NCBI GenBank assembly: GCA_965208535.1
Contig: CBDBOU010000002.1
Coordinates: 2,883,701-2,947,700 of the forward strand
Length of the DNA stretch: 64,000 nucleotides
Source of the DNA: Vicinamibacterales bacterium
Lineage (GTDB): Bacteria > Acidobacteriota > Vicinamibacteria > Vicinamibacterales > UBA8438
Direction: 5' to 3'
Part shown: one piece after another, positions 8,652 to 19,551 of the stretch
Layout of the letters: each line of letters starts with the position of its first letter
How positions within the stretch are numbered: the stretch's first letter is position 1
Position numbers and translations under genes: made by a program
The notes under the pieces: generated by a model
What the model was told of the DNA's origin: nothing
The model's input: the letters and a program-made list of their open reading frames with translations, nothing else
The model's database searches: none

Positions 8652-10025
8652 ATGCAAGGCATGATGACGCGCATTCCTCGACAGCAATGTTGCGGCTGGG
8701 TTCGTACGGCCGGGCTGATCGTGGCGCTTGGTGTCATGGTTGGCGTTCCGGCGCGGTCCCAGGAATCCTCGGCTCCGGATCGACAACCGTCGAGCGGCGA
8801 CCCGACGACCGTCTTCCGATCGGGCGTCACGCTGGTGACCACCGACGTCATCGTGCGCGACGGCAGCGGCGTCTTCGTGCCCGATCTGACCGAGAGCGAC
8901 TTCCGGGTCTACGAGGACGAGCAGCCGCAGGACGTCGCCTCGCTCGTCCTGGTGCACGGCGGGCGGGTTTTCAACCAGCTCGTGCCGCCGCCGGTGGCCC
9001 AGGAGGGGATCATCCTGCCGCCGACCCGTGCCGTCAACGACACGGCGGGGCGGATCTTCGTCATCCTGGTCGATGACCTCCACATCGAGACGAGCAGGAC
9101 GCCGCGCGCGCGCGCCGTCTTCGAGCAGTTGATGGACAACCTCATTCACGAGGGCGACATGTTCGGCATCGTCTCGACGGGACCGTCGTCGATCCGGGTC
9201 GACATGACCTACGACCGCAGTCTCATCAAGTCGTCGGCGGATCGCCTCACCGGGGACGGTTTCAACCCGAACGAGATGATCCGCTTCCTGGCCCCGGGAC
9301 CCCGCGGCCCGAGCGAGCTGTCGTGGCGCGCCCATGTGGCGTTCAAGACGATGCGCGACGTCGTCCGGAACCTCGAACGGGTCCAGAACCGGCGCAAGGT
9401 GGTCATCTACTTCAGCAGCGGCTACGACTTCAACCCGTTCGCGCACGAGCGCGTGTTCGGGCGGTCACCCATCTACGAGGACATGCGCAACTCCGGCCGG
9501 TGGGGCTCCATGTTCGGCCAGGACCAGGTGGCCGGACTGTACGAAGGGATCGGCGATCCGATGATGGATCCCTTCGAGCGCATCTCCCGGCAGGGCGAAG
9601 TCTTCAGCGACGCCGATCTGGCATTGGAGATCGCCGAGCTGACCAAGGCCGCGAACCGGGCCAACGCTTCGTTCTACACGGTGGACCCGCGCGGGCTCGT
9701 TGCGGGGCCGGACCCCGACTACAGCGGACCGCGGGAGGCGTTCAACGACTTCCTGTTCACCACGCAGAACAGCCTCCGCTCGCTGGCCGAGCTGACCGGC
9801 GGCCGCGCGATCGTCAACCGCAACGACTTCGACGACGCGTTCCGGGAAATCGATGCCGAGACGAGCGACTACTATGTCGTCGGCTTCTACTCGAGCAATC
9901 CCGATCCGACGTTCCGCACGCGGCGCCTGCGGGTCGAGGTGAATCGCGACGACCTCGACGTGCAGCATCGGACCCACTACACGTACGCACGGAGCAGCGA
10001 GAACGCCTCTCCTCCGGTCCCCTGA
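8652..10025 (+). CDS. VWA domain-containing secreted protein (VWFA-related acidobacterial-type domain)
   Basis: Signal-like N-terminus, then FRSGVTLVTTDVIVRDGSGVFVPDLTESDFRVYEDEQPQ and IFVILVDDLH, which are typical of TIGR03436-like VWFA-related proteins. Confidence 0.8.
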   Translation: MQGMMTRIPRQQCCGWVRTAGLIVALGVMVGVPARSQESSAPDRQPSSGDPTTVFRSGVTLVTTDVIVRDGSGVFVPDLTESDFRVYEDEQPQDVASLVLVHGGRVFNQLVPPPVAQEGIILPPTRAVNDTAGRIFVILVDDLHIETSRTPRARAVFEQLMDNLIHEGDMFGIVSTGPSSIRVDMTYDRSLIKSSADRLTGDGFNPNEMIRFLAPGPRGPSELSWRAHVAFKTMRDVVRNLERVQNRRKVVIYFSSGYDFNPFAHERVFGRSPIYEDMRNSGRWGSMFGQDQVAGLYEGIGDPMMDPFERISRQGEVFSDADLALEIAELTKAANRANASFYTVDPRGLVAGPDPDYSGPREAFNDFLFTTQNSLRSLAELTGGRAIVNRNDFDDAFREIDAETSDYYVVGFYSSNPDPTFRTRRLRVEVNRDDLDVQHRTHYTYARSSENASPPVP

Positions 10026-10101
10026 GGGGCGGGGTGGGAGACGGAAGATCCGAGACCCAGGGGCTCACCCACGCCGGGTGGGCCTTTCCTTTGTGTGCAA
10101 C

Positions 10102-11220
10102 ATGACGGACGCCAGACGACAGAAGCGCGACTCCCGTCCGTCCGGGCTGGTCCTGTTCCTGGTCTCGCTCGGTGCGTTCTTTCTCGCGCTCGGCCGGGTG
10201 CCCGATCCGAACCCGACGCCGGCGGCGATTCCGCCTGGCGCGGCACTCGAGCCGGTTTCGGAGTCGGCGCCGGAACCGCCTTCTCCGGCAGGGCCGGAGG
10301 CGGCCCCGGTCGAGGCCGCAACCACCGCACCGGCCCTCGCCGCAACGTCGGTGGCGGGCTCTACGGCCGCGCCGGAAGTCGTTGCGGAGGCTGGGCCCGA
10401 GCCGCCCGCGCCGCGGATTCGCGACATCGGCGACCTGCGGCGACCTAGGATCCGGGCCGCCGCGGGCATGCTCTACAATCCGCGCACGGACGAGGTCCTC
10501 TGGGAGAGACGCGGTCTGGACCAACGTCCCATCGCCAGCATCACGAAGGTGATGACGGCCCTCGTGCTGCTGGACCAGGAGCCGGAGCTCTCGCGGGACG
10601 TCGTCGTCTCGCGGCGCGACGTGCGCCGGGCCTCGACCACCTACCTCGCACGCGGCGAACGGGTCACGCTCGATGCGCTGCTGCACCTGGCGCTCATCGC
10701 GTCGGACAACGTCGCGGCGCGCATACTGGCCCGTGCGTCGGGTTGGGGCACACGCCGCTTCGTGGAGCAGATGAATCTGAAGGCGGCGGCGCTGGACCTG
10801 CACGGCACCAGCTTCGTCGAGCCGTCCGGGCTGGACGAGCGCAACGTGTCGACGCCGTACGACATCGCCCGTCTGATAGCGGTAGCCGGCGAGGTGCCTG
10901 CGCTGTCGCGCATCATGCGCAAATGGACGCATCGCCTGCGCACCGATCGGCGCCGGATGAACATTCGCAACACAAATCGGCTGCTCCGGTCCCCGCACGC
11001 CATCCAGGGCGGAAAGACCGGCTACATCGACGAGGCCGGGTTCTGCCTCACCGCTCTGGTCGAGCTGCCCGGCGCCGATCCGATTGCGCTGGTCGTGCTC
11101 GGGGCCGGCTCCAACGCGGGGCGCTTCAGCGAGGCCCGCCGGCTCATCGACTGGGTCTCGACGACGGGCCGTTCACTGCTCGAGCCCGAGGAGCGCGTAA
11201 CCAGGGAGTCTGCACAGTAG
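10102..11220 (+). CDS. D-alanyl-D-alanine carboxypeptidase (S11 serine peptidase) with a TM anchor and a Pro/Ala-rich linker
   Basis: The motifs SITK, SDN and KTG occur in the expected order. The start is ambiguous (10078 or ATG 10102). The last codons (RESAQ-stop) lie in a half copy of the hairpin-B repeat. Confidence 0.8.
   Translation: MTDARRQKRDSRPSGLVLFLVSLGAFFLALGRVPDPNPTPAAIPPGAALEPVSESAPEPPSPAGPEAAPVEAATTAPALAATSVAGSTAAPEVVAEAGPEPPAPRIRDIGDLRRPRIRAAAGMLYNPRTDEVLWERRGLDQRPIASITKVMTALVLLDQEPELSRDVVVSRRDVRRASTTYLARGERVTLDALLHLALIASDNVAARILARASGWGTRRFVEQMNLKAAALDLHGTSFVEPSGLDERNVSTPYDIARLIAVAGEVPALSRIMRKWTHRLRTDRRRMNIRNTNRLLRSPHAIQGGKTGYIDEAGFCLTALVELPGADPIALVVLGAGSNAGRFSEARRLIDWVSTTGRSLLEPEERVTRESAQ
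11201..11220 (+). repeat. Half copy (5' arm) of hairpin-B repeat, covering a stop codon
   Basis: CCAGGGAGTCTGCACAGTAG compares with CCAGGAGTCTGCGCCGTAG at 37325 and at 57243 (minus strand). No clear 3' arm follows. Confidence 0.4.
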
Positions 11221-11307
11221 AAGCGGCGACGACGCCTGGCTGGCCCGCGACGCGGCGCGACCGCGGGGCCACCGCCGTCGAGGGGGCACGGAGGGAAGAA
11301 CGCACCC

Positions 11308-12282
11308 ATGCGAGAAGTGATCATCATCGGGTCGGGACCCGCGGGTCTGACGGCCGCTCTCTACACCGCGCGGGCCAACCTGAAGCCGTTGCTCATCGAG
11401 GGTCTGGAGTCGGGGGGACAGCTCATGCTGACCACCGACGTCGAGAACTACCCGGGATTCCGCGACGGCATCCTCGGACCGGCTCTCATCGGCGAGATGC
11501 GGGCGCAGGCCGAGCGGTTCGGCACGGAGATCGTGCAGGGCGACGTGACGGCTCTCGATCTTCAGGGGCCGCCGTTCCGGATCGCCACCAGCGGCGGCGG
11601 CTACGAGACGCGGGCGCTGATTCTCGCGACCGGGGCGTCCGCGCGGCTGCTGGGGCTCGAATCCGAGCGGGCCCTGATGGGGCACGGCGTGTCGACCTGC
11701 GCCACCTGCGACGGCTACTTCTTCCGCGGCAAGCCGATAGTGGTGGTCGGCGGCGGCGATTCGGCGATGGAGGAGGCGACGTTCCTGACGAAGTTCGCGT
11801 CCGAGGTGACCATCGTGCACCGCCGCGACGCGTTCCGCGCGTCGAAGATCATGCAGGACAAGGCGCGCGCCAATCCGAAGATCTCGTTCGAGCTCGACAC
11901 GGTGGTGGACGAGGTGCGCGACGTCGACAAGGGGGTCGTCACCGGCGCCGTCCTGCGCAACGTCAGGACGGGCGCGGTCAAGGAGCTCGCCGTGGAAGGC
12001 GTCTTCGTCGCCATCGGGCATATCCCGAACACGAAGCTGGTCGAGGGGCGGGTGAATCTCGACGCGAACGGCTACATCGTGCCCGTCCGGGGAACGGCCA
12101 CCAACGTGTCCGGCGTGTTCGCCTGCGGCGATGTGCAGGACCACGTGTACCGGCAGGCGATTACCGCCGCCGGATCCGGGTGCATGGCGGCCATCGACGC
12201 CGAGCGCTACCTGGAGAGCCTGCCCGCCGAGGGGCCGCGGGCGGTCGGGGCCGTCTCCGCCCACCAGGAGTCTGCGCGGTAG
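11308..12282 (+). CDS. trxB: Thioredoxin-disulfide reductase
   Basis: [15 protein letters not shown] motif, CATCDG redox centre, 324 aa. The last 5 codons plus the stop lie in a hairpin-B repeat. Confidence 0.95.
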   Translation: MREVIIIGSGPAGLTAALYTARANLKPLLIEGLESGGQLMLTTDVENYPGFRDGILGPALIGEMRAQAERFGTEIVQGDVTALDLQGPPFRIATSGGGYETRALILATGASARLLGLESERALMGHGVSTCATCDGYFFRGKPIVVVGGGDSAMEEATFLTKFASEVTIVHRRDAFRASKIMQDKARANPKISFELDTVVDEVRDVDKGVVTGAVLRNVRTGAVKELAVEGVFVAIGHIPNTKLVEGRVNLDANGYIVPVRGTATNVSGVFACGDVQDHVYRQAITAAGSGCMAAIDAERYLESLPAEGPRAVGAVSAHQESAR

Positions 12283-12325
12283 AACCGTGCGGACGCCGAG
12301 TCGGCGAGGCGTTTCGGGGCGCCGG
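12264..12325 (+). repeat. Hairpin-B repeat followed by the distal R1 module
   Basis: CCAGGAGTCTGCGCGGTAGAACCGTGCGGAC, then GCCGAGTCGGCGAGGCGTTTCGGGGCGCCGG. It sits between convergent trxB and mnmA. Confidence 0.6.
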
Positions 12326-12357
12326 GTGCGCCGCCGCAAGACGGGCCGGTCCGGCGT

Positions 12358-13431
12358 TCAGTCGATCCAGCCGCCGCCGAGCACCACGTCATCCTCGTAC
12401 ACCACGACGGCCTGACCCGGGGTGATGGCCGGTTGCGGTTCGTTGAACTCCAGGCGCAGGCCCGCGTCGCCGAGGGGCCACACGCGCGCGGGCGCCGGCG
12501 CATGATGGTGGCGAATCTGCGCCGTGACCGGGCTTGCGGGCCGGGGCGGTCCTTCGATCCAGTTCACGCCGCCCGCGGTCAGCGCAGTCCTCTCGAGGGC
12601 GGTGCGAGGGCCGACGGTAACCGTTCCCGACGCCGCGTCGAGGGCGGTGACGTACAGCCGCGCGGGGCTCGAGACGCCGAGCCCCTTGCGCTGGCCGACG
12701 GTGAACCGGTGCACGCCCTGGTGGTGGCCGAGCACGTTGCCGGCAGTATCGACGACCCTCCCGTCACGCGGACCGCCGGGCAGGCGCCGCGCCACGAACG
12801 ACGCGTAGTCGCCGTCCGGCACGAAGCAGATCTCGTGGCTGTCCGGCTTGTCCGCCACGATCAGGCCGCGGTCGCGCGCGTAGTCCCGCACCTCGCTCTT
12901 CAGCATACCGCCCAGCGGGAAGCTGGCCCGCGCAAGCTGCGACTGCGTCAACGAGAACAGAAAGTAGCACTGGTCCTTGGTCCGATCGATCGCGCGGCGG
13001 AGCCGGCGGACGGTCCCGTTTCCGTTCTCTCGGGGCAGGGTCTCCAGCCGGGCGTAGTGACCGGTCGCCACGTGTCCGGCGTCCAATCCGTCCGCTCGGT
13101 CGAGCAGGCTCGCGAACTTCAGGTCGCTGTTGCACCGGACGCAGGGGATGGGGGTGCGCGCCGCCGCGTAGTCGGCCACGAATGGAGCGACCACGCGCTC
13201 CTCGAAGTGGCGCTCGAAGTTGACGATGTAGTGCGGGATGCCGATGCGCCGGGCGACGCGTCGCGCGTCGTGCAGGTCGTCGAGTGTACAGCACGACCCG
13301 AACGACTGCGTGCCGTCCCGCTGGTCGTAGAGCTGCATGGAAAGCCCCACGACGTCGTGCCCCTCGGCCGCTAGCAGCGCGGCTGCCACGGACGAGTCCA
13401 CGCCACCCGACATGGCGGCGACGATGCGCAT
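12358..13431 (-). CDS. mnmA: tRNA 2-thiouridine(34) synthase
   Basis: MRIVAAMSGGVDSSVAAALL PP-loop; 357 aa of MnmA-type sequence. Confidence 0.95.
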   Translation of the reverse strand: MRIVAAMSGGVDSSVAAALLAAEGHDVVGLSMQLYDQRDGTQSFGSCCTLDDLHDARRVARRIGIPHYIVNFERHFEERVVAPFVADYAAARTPIPCVRCNSDLKFASLLDRADGLDAGHVATGHYARLETLPRENGNGTVRRLRRAIDRTKDQCYFLFSLTQSQLARASFPLGGMLKSEVRDYARDRGLIVADKPDSHEICFVPDGDYASFVARRLPGGPRDGRVVDTAGNVLGHHQGVHRFTVGQRKGLGVSSPARLYVTALDAASGTVTVGPRTALERTALTAGGVNWIEGPPRPASPVTAQIRHHHAPAPARVWPLGDAGLRLEFNEPQPAITPGQAVVVYEDDVVLGGGWID

Positions 13432-13478
13432 CGATCCATCCAGTGTACATGCAGGCCGGGCGGAGCGCGCCGTCGCCT

Positions 13479-14654
13479 TCAGGCGTGCGCGTGCGCCCGG
13501 GTGCGGGACAGTGCCCGCAGCTTGGCCACCAGCGGAGGCAGCACGTCGAGCACTCTTTCCACATCGGCGTCGGTGTTCCCGAGCCCCAGACTGAAGCGAA
13601 TGGAGCTCTGGGCGCGCCGCGGCGTCAGCCCCATCGCCCTGAGCACGTGCGACGGCTCGAGCGTGCCCGACGAGCAGGCGGAGCCGGTCGAAACGGCGAC
13701 TCCCTCCAGGTCCAGCGCAATCAGCAGCGCTTCGGCCTCGACACCGGGGAAGCTGATGTTCGTGGTGTTCGGCACGCGTTCGCCGCTTCCGTTGGCGGTC
13801 GAGTCCGGTACTCGTTCGAGCAGCCCCGCTTCGAGCCGGTCGCGAAGCAAGCCGAGCCGCGTCGCTTCACCGGCCAGCTTGCCGGCGGCGAGACCGGCCG
13901 CCACGCCGAGCCCGATGATGGCGGGCACGTTCTCGGTGCCGGCGCGGCGATTCCGTTCCTGCCGGCCGCCGGTCAGCGGAGCGACCAGGCGCATGCCGCG
14001 CCGGACCCACAGTGCGCCCACGCCCTTGGGGCCGTTGAACTTGTGGCCCGAGATGGACAGCAGGTCGACTCCGAGCGCAGTCACGTCGACCGGCAGCTTG
14101 CCGGCTGTCTGCACGGCGTCGGTATGGAAAAGGGCGCCGTGGCGGTGCGCGATGTCGGCCAGCTTCGCTATCGGCTGCAGCGTGCCGATCTCGTTGTTGG
14201 CATGCATGACGGAGACGATCGCGGTCCGGTCGGTGATGGCCGCCTCCAGATCCGCCGGATCGACGACGCCGGCGGGACCGGCGGGGAGCAGGGTGGATGT
14301 CCAGCCGCGCTTCGCCAGGGCCTTCAGGGTGTTGAGGACGGCCTCGTGCTCTATTGCCGAGGCGATGAGATGACGCCGGTCGGCCGGCAGCGCCGCCTCG
14401 GCCACGCCGCGAATGGCCAGGTTGTCGGCCTCGGTACCGCTTCCGGTGAAGATCACGTCGTTGGGCCGAGCGCCCAGCAGACCGGCCACCGCGGAGCGCG
14501 CGTCGTCGAGGGCCGCCTTGGCCGCCTGGCCGAACGCGTGGATGCTGGAGGCGTTCCCGAAGCATCCCCGGACCGCATCGTGCATGGCGTCGGCCACGCG
14601 GGGATCGACCGGCGTCGTGGCGTTGTGGTCCAGGTACACGCGCATCCGAATCAT
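13479..14654 (-). CDS. iscS: Cysteine desulfurase (class I, IscS/NifS type)
   Basis: YLDHNATTPVDPRV.., SGHKFNGPKGVGAL (PLP Lys), and the GSACSSG active-site loop. The start is ATG 14654 or ATG 14645. The longer ORF-track N-terminus is rejected. Confidence 0.9.
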   Translation of the reverse strand: MIRMRVYLDHNATTPVDPRVADAMHDAVRGCFGNASSIHAFGQAAKAALDDARSAVAGLLGARPNDVIFTGSGTEADNLAIRGVAEAALPADRRHLIASAIEHEAVLNTLKALAKRGWTSTLLPAGPAGVVDPADLEAAITDRTAIVSVMHANNEIGTLQPIAKLADIAHRHGALFHTDAVQTAGKLPVDVTALGVDLLSISGHKFNGPKGVGALWVRRGMRLVAPLTGGRQERNRRAGTENVPAIIGLGVAAGLAAGKLAGEATRLGLLRDRLEAGLLERVPDSTANGSGERVPNTTNISFPGVEAEALLIALDLEGVAVSTGSACSSGTLEPSHVLRAMGLTPRRAQSSIRFSLGLGNTDADVERVLDVLPPLVAKLRALSRTRAHAHA

Positions 14655-14709
14655 CGTAGCCCGAAAACCGTCGCCGGTGGCTCCGTTTTTGGCCCAACCC
14701 CAGACCTCT

Positions 14710-14746
14710 CCGGGAGTCTGCACCGCGGAACCGTGCAGACTCCCGG
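14710..14746. repeat. Hairpin-B family copy (perfect 14-bp stem) in a divergent intergenic region
   Basis: CCGGGAGTCTGCAC-cgcggaacc-GTGCAGACTCCCGG. The flanking intergenic DNA also carries R1-like fragments (GGAGCGGAGGGGAT at 14856-14869). Confidence 0.7.
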
Positions 14747-14873
14747 CACCCGCGCCGGACGCCGGCAACGATCCGCCGTACACGACGAACGCCCGTTTCG
14801 GTATACTTGACCCGGCCAAATCAGCGCTCCGATTTGCGGCTTGTGTGTTCGTACGGGGAGCGGAGGGGATTTC

Positions 14874-15455
14874 ATGTGGAAACGTGACGAGGTCGTCCGC
14901 CCGCCTGCCGACAGTGCCGACGTGGAGGAGCACCCTCTGGCCGGCCTGGCCAGCGCCGGCGGTTCGAGACGTGCGTCAGAAACGGAAAGGCCGGCTTCAA
15001 GAGACGTGGTCAACATCGGCAAGTCCGTCGTCATCAAGGGCGAGTTGAGCGGAAGCGAGAACCTGACCATCGAGGGGCAGTTCGAGGGCAAGATCGACTT
15101 GCGGGACAACGCGTTGACGGTCGGTCCCAACGGCAAGATCAAGGCCGAGCTGCTGTTCGCCAAGTCGGTGGACATCCTGGGCCGTGTCACCGGCAAGATC
15201 ACCGCGGTCGACATCGTCAGCATTCGAGAGAACGGAGCGGTGGACGGCGACATCACCGCGCCGCGTATCGCCATTGCCGACGGCGCGCACTTCCGCGGCA
15301 GTGTCGACATGAGCCGCGACGGCGCAGAGCCCAAACCGAGGGAAACAGCCGCCGCGAAGCCCCCGGCCCCGGCCAAGACGCCTGCTCCGCCTCCCCAGAC
15401 CAGCGCGTCGGCGCCGAGAGTGGGACGCCCGGCAGGCGGCCGTCAGGGACGGTAG
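14874..15455 (+). CDS. Bactofilin (polymer-forming cytoskeletal protein) with a Pro/Ala-rich tail
   Basis: ATG 14874 follows GGAGGGG. The beta-helical repeats VIKGELSGSENLTIEGQFEGKIDL..VGPNGKIKAEL..ILGRVTGKI..GAVDGDITAPRIAIADGAHFRGSV are typical of DUF583. Confidence 0.85.
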   Translation: MWKRDEVVRPPADSADVEEHPLAGLASAGGSRRASETERPASRDVVNIGKSVVIKGELSGSENLTIEGQFEGKIDLRDNALTVGPNGKIKAELLFAKSVDILGRVTGKITAVDIVSIRENGAVDGDITAPRIAIADGAHFRGSVDMSRDGAEPKPRETAAAKPPAPAKTPAPPPQTSASAPRVGRPAGGRQGR

Positions 15456-15530
15456 CCGGCCGAGCCGTCGCGCCGCCGCGGGTCGCGACCGTGCTCGGCT
15501 GGACGACCCGCGGCTCCAGGAGGTTTTGCA

Positions 15531-16256
15531 GTGGCTGGAGGCGCGCGTCCCCGCGGCCTCTCAGGTGTCGGAAGCCGGTTCCAGAGCGGGCGATCCGGTT
15601 CGTGGGGTCGGTCGTCGCAGGACGGCGATGCGCTTTCGGCTCCCGAGAGGCTGGTTCCGACGCGGGCCATCGGCATCCTTGTCGATGTGCTGCGAGCCAG
15701 GCAGTCGCCGGTGGTGCTCGACCTCGGACGTGTAGTCGGCGGCAACGTCGCGTTTCTCACCTCCGAGTTCGGGTGCAAGCTGGTGGTTGCCGACCTGTTC
15801 GCCGATCTGGGTGCCGGGGCGGGTGATGCGGAGCGCTCCGAGGAACAGATAGGGGCTTGGCTGACCGCGCGGATCGGGCAGGACGCCGAGTGCGTGGACG
15901 CGGTGCTCTGCTGGGATGTGTTCGAGCACCTGACGGTGACCGAAGCACGTCTGCTGGCCTCGCGCATCACCGCCATGTTGCGGCCTCACGGCGTGCTGGT
16001 GCTGGGCTTCAGCGGGGAGTGGCGGAGCGAAGCGGGCTACGCCACCTATGAGATTGTCGACCGGGAAACGTTGCGCCGCCAGTTTCATCCCAGCCCGTCA
16101 CGGCAGGCGCGGGTTCTGACCAGCCGGGAGGTCATGGAGACGTTCCGCGGGCTCGCGGTGGTCGACACGTTCCTGCTTGCAACGCGCGCGTACGAGATGT
16201 TGTTCCGCAAACCGTCCCAACCGACCTGGCAACGCGGCTCCGCCCGCACGCCTTGA
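15531..16256 (+). CDS. Putative class I SAM-dependent methyltransferase-like protein
   Basis: GTG 15531 follows AGGAGG. VLDLG..GGN motif I-like and a CWDVFEHL motif-like segment are present. Similarity is weak. Confidence 0.55.
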   Translation: MAGGARPRGLSGVGSRFQSGRSGSWGRSSQDGDALSAPERLVPTRAIGILVDVLRARQSPVVLDLGRVVGGNVAFLTSEFGCKLVVADLFADLGAGAGDAERSEEQIGAWLTARIGQDAECVDAVLCWDVFEHLTVTEARLLASRITAMLRPHGVLVLGFSGEWRSEAGYATYEIVDRETLRRQFHPSPSRQARVLTSREVMETFRGLAVVDTFLLATRAYEMLFRKPSQPTWQRGSARTP

Positions 16257-16274
16257 GGTGCAAGTCTCCACAGG

Positions 16275-17066
16275 ATGGCCCGACCGATTGTCGCCCTGCT
16301 GACCGATTTCGGCACCAGAGACCACTACGTGGGCGCGATGAAGGGCGTCGTGCTGGGCATCTGCCCGGACGCGGCCCTTGTCGATATCTCGCACGATGTG
16401 CCGGCTCACGACGCCCTGACCGCAAGCCTCGAGCTGGCCGCGGCGTACCGGTACTTTCCCGCCGGCACGGTGTTCCTGACCGTGGTCGATCCGGGCGTCG
16501 GATCGTCGCGGCGCGGCCTGGCGGCAGAAGCGGGCGACTATCGCTTCGTAGCGCCGGACAACGGCGTGCTGACGGCGGTCTTTCAGGAAGCGCCGCCCAG
16601 GCGCCTGGTCGAGTTGACGGAGCGCCGGTACGCCCGGCCCACCGTGAGTCGGACCTTCGAAGGGCGCGACCGCTTCGCTCCCGGCGCGGCATGGCTCGCG
16701 AAGGGAATCCAGTTGACGGCCCTCGGCCGGCCGCTCAGCGAGTATTGCCGCATCGACATTCCCACCCCGCAGGTGGAGGACGGAAGAATCGCGGGCGAGG
16801 TGTTGCGGGTCGACAAGTTCGGCAATCTGGTCACCAACATCGACCGGAGGGCGTTTGAGGGCCTCTGTCGCGGCGGCGCCATCCAGATCGAGGTGGGTGC
16901 CGAGACCATCGGACGCCTCGTGGAAACCTACGCGGACATCGGTCCCGACGAGGTGTGCGCGCTGATCGGCAGCACCGACCACCTGGAGTTTGCGGCGAAC
17001 TCCACCAGCGCCGCGGCCCGTCTGTCTCTCGGTCGGGGTGCGCGGGTCGTCATGAGCCGCACATGA
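16275..17066 (+). CDS. SAM hydrolase / SAM-dependent halogenase family protein (DUF62)
   Basis: IVALLTDFGTRDHYVGAMKGV.. and TVVDPGVGSSRR..APDNGVL are hallmark motifs of the family. Confidence 0.85.
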   Translation: MARPIVALLTDFGTRDHYVGAMKGVVLGICPDAALVDISHDVPAHDALTASLELAAAYRYFPAGTVFLTVVDPGVGSSRRGLAAEAGDYRFVAPDNGVLTAVFQEAPPRRLVELTERRYARPTVSRTFEGRDRFAPGAAWLAKGIQLTALGRPLSEYCRIDIPTPQVEDGRIAGEVLRVDKFGNLVTNIDRRAFEGLCRGGAIQIEVGAETIGRLVETYADIGPDEVCALIGSTDHLEFAANSTSAAARLSLGRGARVVMSRT

Positions 17067-17187
17067 CGGGATCGGGGCAACACCACGGGTACGCGCCAGC
17101 GGCCTGGGCGCCCCGTACCAGCGGCCTGAGTAGGCGACGGGATCCAGGCAACGCGGCGGGTACGCAGACGAGGGGACACAGACGCAT

Positions 17188-18402
17188 ATGTTGGATCTGG
17201 AGCTGACCGAGGAACAGAGGCTGTTGGAGCAGTCCGTGCGCGAATGGGCGGGGCGCGAGGTCGCGCCCCGGATTCGCGAGCTGGATCGCGAGCATCGATT
17301 CGATCCGGCCATCCTGACGCAGATGGCGGATCTCGGCCTGCTGGGTATGTGCGTGCCGCGGGAGTACGGCGGCGCCGGCATGGATTACCTCAGCTACGGG
17401 CTGGCGTGCGAGGAGACCGAGTACGTCGACACGTCGTTGCGCGTGATCCTGTCGGTGCACCTCGCGTTGAACTCGTTGACGGTGCTGACCTGGGGCACGG
17501 AGGACCAGAAGCGGCGCTACCTGGTGCCGCAGGCCGAGGGCCGGAAGATCGGAAGCTACGGGCTCACCGAGCCGGGTGCGGGCAGTGACGTCCGCGGGCT
17601 GCAGACGACGGCCGTCCGGCGCGGGGACCGGTACGTGCTCACCGGCGAGAAGATGTGGATCTCGCTTGCGGACGTGGCCGATCACTTCCTGGTGTTCGCT
17701 TACACCGACCTCGAGAAGAAGCAGAAGCGCGACGTTTCCGGGATCAGCGCGTTCATCGTCGAACGCGGCTTCCCGGGGTTCTCGAGCGGAACCCTCACCG
17801 AGAAATGGGGGATTCTCGCCGGCAACACGGGGTTCTTCAAAATGGACGAGGTCGAGGTTCCCGAGGAGAACCTGCTCGGCCGCGAGGGCGAGGGGTTCAA
17901 GATCGCCATGTTCGCGCTCGACCAGGGGCGCCTGAGCGTTTCGGCGGGCGCGACCGGGTTGGTCCGGGCGTGCCGGGACGCGAGCGTGGCGTATGCCAGG
18001 GACCGCAAGACGTTCGGCGTGCCGATCGGGCAGCACCAGCTCGTCAAGGAGATGATCGCCCAGATGGAGTCGGACTACCAGGCGGCGCGGCTGCTCTGGA
18101 TGCGTTCGGCCTGGCTGAAGAACGTGGGACGGCGCAGCACGCGCGAGACCGGTCTCGCCAAGTGGTTCGCCACCGTCGCATCCGAGCGCGCGGCGGGCGA
18201 TGCCGTGCAGATTCACGGCGCCAACGGCTATTCCGACGAGTATCCCGTCGGCCGGTTCTATCGGAACTGCAAGGGGGCCGTGATTTACGAGGGCACGCGC
18301 GAGATCCACAAGATCATGCAGGCCGACTACGCGCTTGGATACCGGGTGGACAAGCCGACGCGGTGTCGGTTGCCCGCCTACCGGGAGGCGGTGCAGGCGT
18401 GA
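17188..18402 (+). CDS. Acyl-CoA dehydrogenase
   Basis: 404 aa with [10 protein letters not shown], the WISLA region, and the C-terminal [12 protein letters not shown] motif. Confidence 0.9.
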   Translation: MLDLELTEEQRLLEQSVREWAGREVAPRIRELDREHRFDPAILTQMADLGLLGMCVPREYGGAGMDYLSYGLACEETEYVDTSLRVILSVHLALNSLTVLTWGTEDQKRRYLVPQAEGRKIGSYGLTEPGAGSDVRGLQTTAVRRGDRYVLTGEKMWISLADVADHFLVFAYTDLEKKQKRDVSGISAFIVERGFPGFSSGTLTEKWGILAGNTGFFKMDEVEVPEENLLGREGEGFKIAMFALDQGRLSVSAGATGLVRACRDASVAYARDRKTFGVPIGQHQLVKEMIAQMESDYQAARLLWMRSAWLKNVGRRSTRETGLAKWFATVASERAAGDAVQIHGANGYSDEYPVGRFYRNCKGAVIYEGTREIHKIMQADYALGYRVDKPTRCRLPAYREAVQA

Positions 18403-19391
18403 CGACCACGAACGAGGAGCTGGCGTACGACTTTCTCGACGTCGTCGAGCAGGCGGCGATTGCCTGCGCGCACACGATGGGGCTCGGTGACCGCCATCGC
18501 TCCGACCGCGTCGCGGTGGAGGCGATGCGGGCCCGGCTCGACCGCGTCCCGATAGACGGCCGGGTCGTGATCGGTGAAGGGGAGCGCGACAAGGCCCCGA
18601 TGCTGTACATCGGGGAGCGGGTCGGGCGGGGCGCGAACGGCGAGGACGGGTTGCCGGAGATCGACATCGCCGTCGATCCGCTGGAGGGCACGAATCTGTG
18701 CGCAACCGGGGCGCCGCGGGCCATCGCGGTGTTGGCCGCGTCGGAACGCGGCGGCCTGCTGCACGCGCCCGACATCTACATGCAGAAGCTGGTGGTCGGC
18801 GCGCAGTCGAAGAACTCCGTGAATCTCGACGCGCCCGTCTCGCACAACCTCAAGCAGATCGCCCGCTGCCTCGACCGCGACGTAGAGGACCTCGTCGTGG
18901 TCGTGCTCGACCGCAAGCGCCACGAGCCGCTGATCGCCGAGATCCGGGAAACCGGCGCGCGCATTCGCCTCATCGGCGACGGCGATCTGACCGCGGCCAT
19001 CGGGGCAGCGGTGGTCGGCAGCGGCATCCATGCGGTGATGGGCAGCGGCGGGGCGCCCGAGGGAGTGCTGGCGGCGGCGGCGATGCGCTGCCTCGGGGGG
19101 GAGATCTTCGCACGCCTGATCATCGACACGCCGGAGAAGGAAGCCCGTGCGAAGTCGATGGGCATCGATGAGCCGCGCAGGGTCTACACGTCGGCGGACC
19201 TGGCATCCGGCAAGCAGCTCACCTTCGCCGCGACCGGCGTGACGGAGGGGGCGTTGATGAAGGGCGTGCGGTTCTTCGGCGAGGGGTGTCGCACCAGCTC
19301 GGTCGTCATGCAGACGAGCCCCCATCGTGTCCAGTTCATCGACACGATTCACGTCAAGGAGCAGGCCGGTCGCCGGGGGTTGCGTTTCTAG
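18399..19391 (+). CDS. glpX: Class II fructose-1,6-bisphosphatase
   Basis: GTG 18399 overlaps the upstream [46 protein letters not shown] match GlpX. Confidence 0.9.
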   Translation: MTTTNEELAYDFLDVVEQAAIACAHTMGLGDRHRSDRVAVEAMRARLDRVPIDGRVVIGEGERDKAPMLYIGERVGRGANGEDGLPEIDIAVDPLEGTNLCATGAPRAIAVLAASERGGLLHAPDIYMQKLVVGAQSKNSVNLDAPVSHNLKQIARCLDRDVEDLVVVVLDRKRHEPLIAEIRETGARIRLIGDGDLTAAIGAAVVGSGIHAVMGSGGAPEGVLAAAAMRCLGGEIFARLIIDTPEKEARAKSMGIDEPRRVYTSADLASGKQLTFAATGVTEGALMKGVRFFGEGCRTSSVVMQTSPHRVQFIDTIHVKEQAGRRGLRF

Positions 19392-19477
19392 CAGTCCGTG
19401 GTGAAACCCCCGCGTCGCACCGAGAGCGGCGAGGCGCCCGCGTGGCAAGGCGCGACGAGGGACCATATTGGGCATAT

Positions 19478-19551
19478 TCGACCGAGGAGCAACGCAGTCC
19501 ACGCGGGATGCATCGCCGCTCGAATGCCGCGAAGCTTTTGCCACGGGCTCC
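19478..19551 (+). repeat. Repeat E copy
   Basis: TCGACCGAGGAGCAACGCAGTCCACGCGGGATGC..TTTGCCACGGGCTCC aligns at roughly 75% by eye with the reverse complement of 53689-53765. Confidence 0.6.

Noticed and set aside
17086-17127. Imperfect hairpin and an 11-bp direct repeat CCAGCGGCCTG (17095 and 17117) upstream of the acyl-CoA dehydrogenase gene, considered as a riboswitch or attenuator
   Set aside because: The stem is imperfect, there is no resemblance to a known riboswitch, and no second copy exists in the window. Evidence is insufficient.
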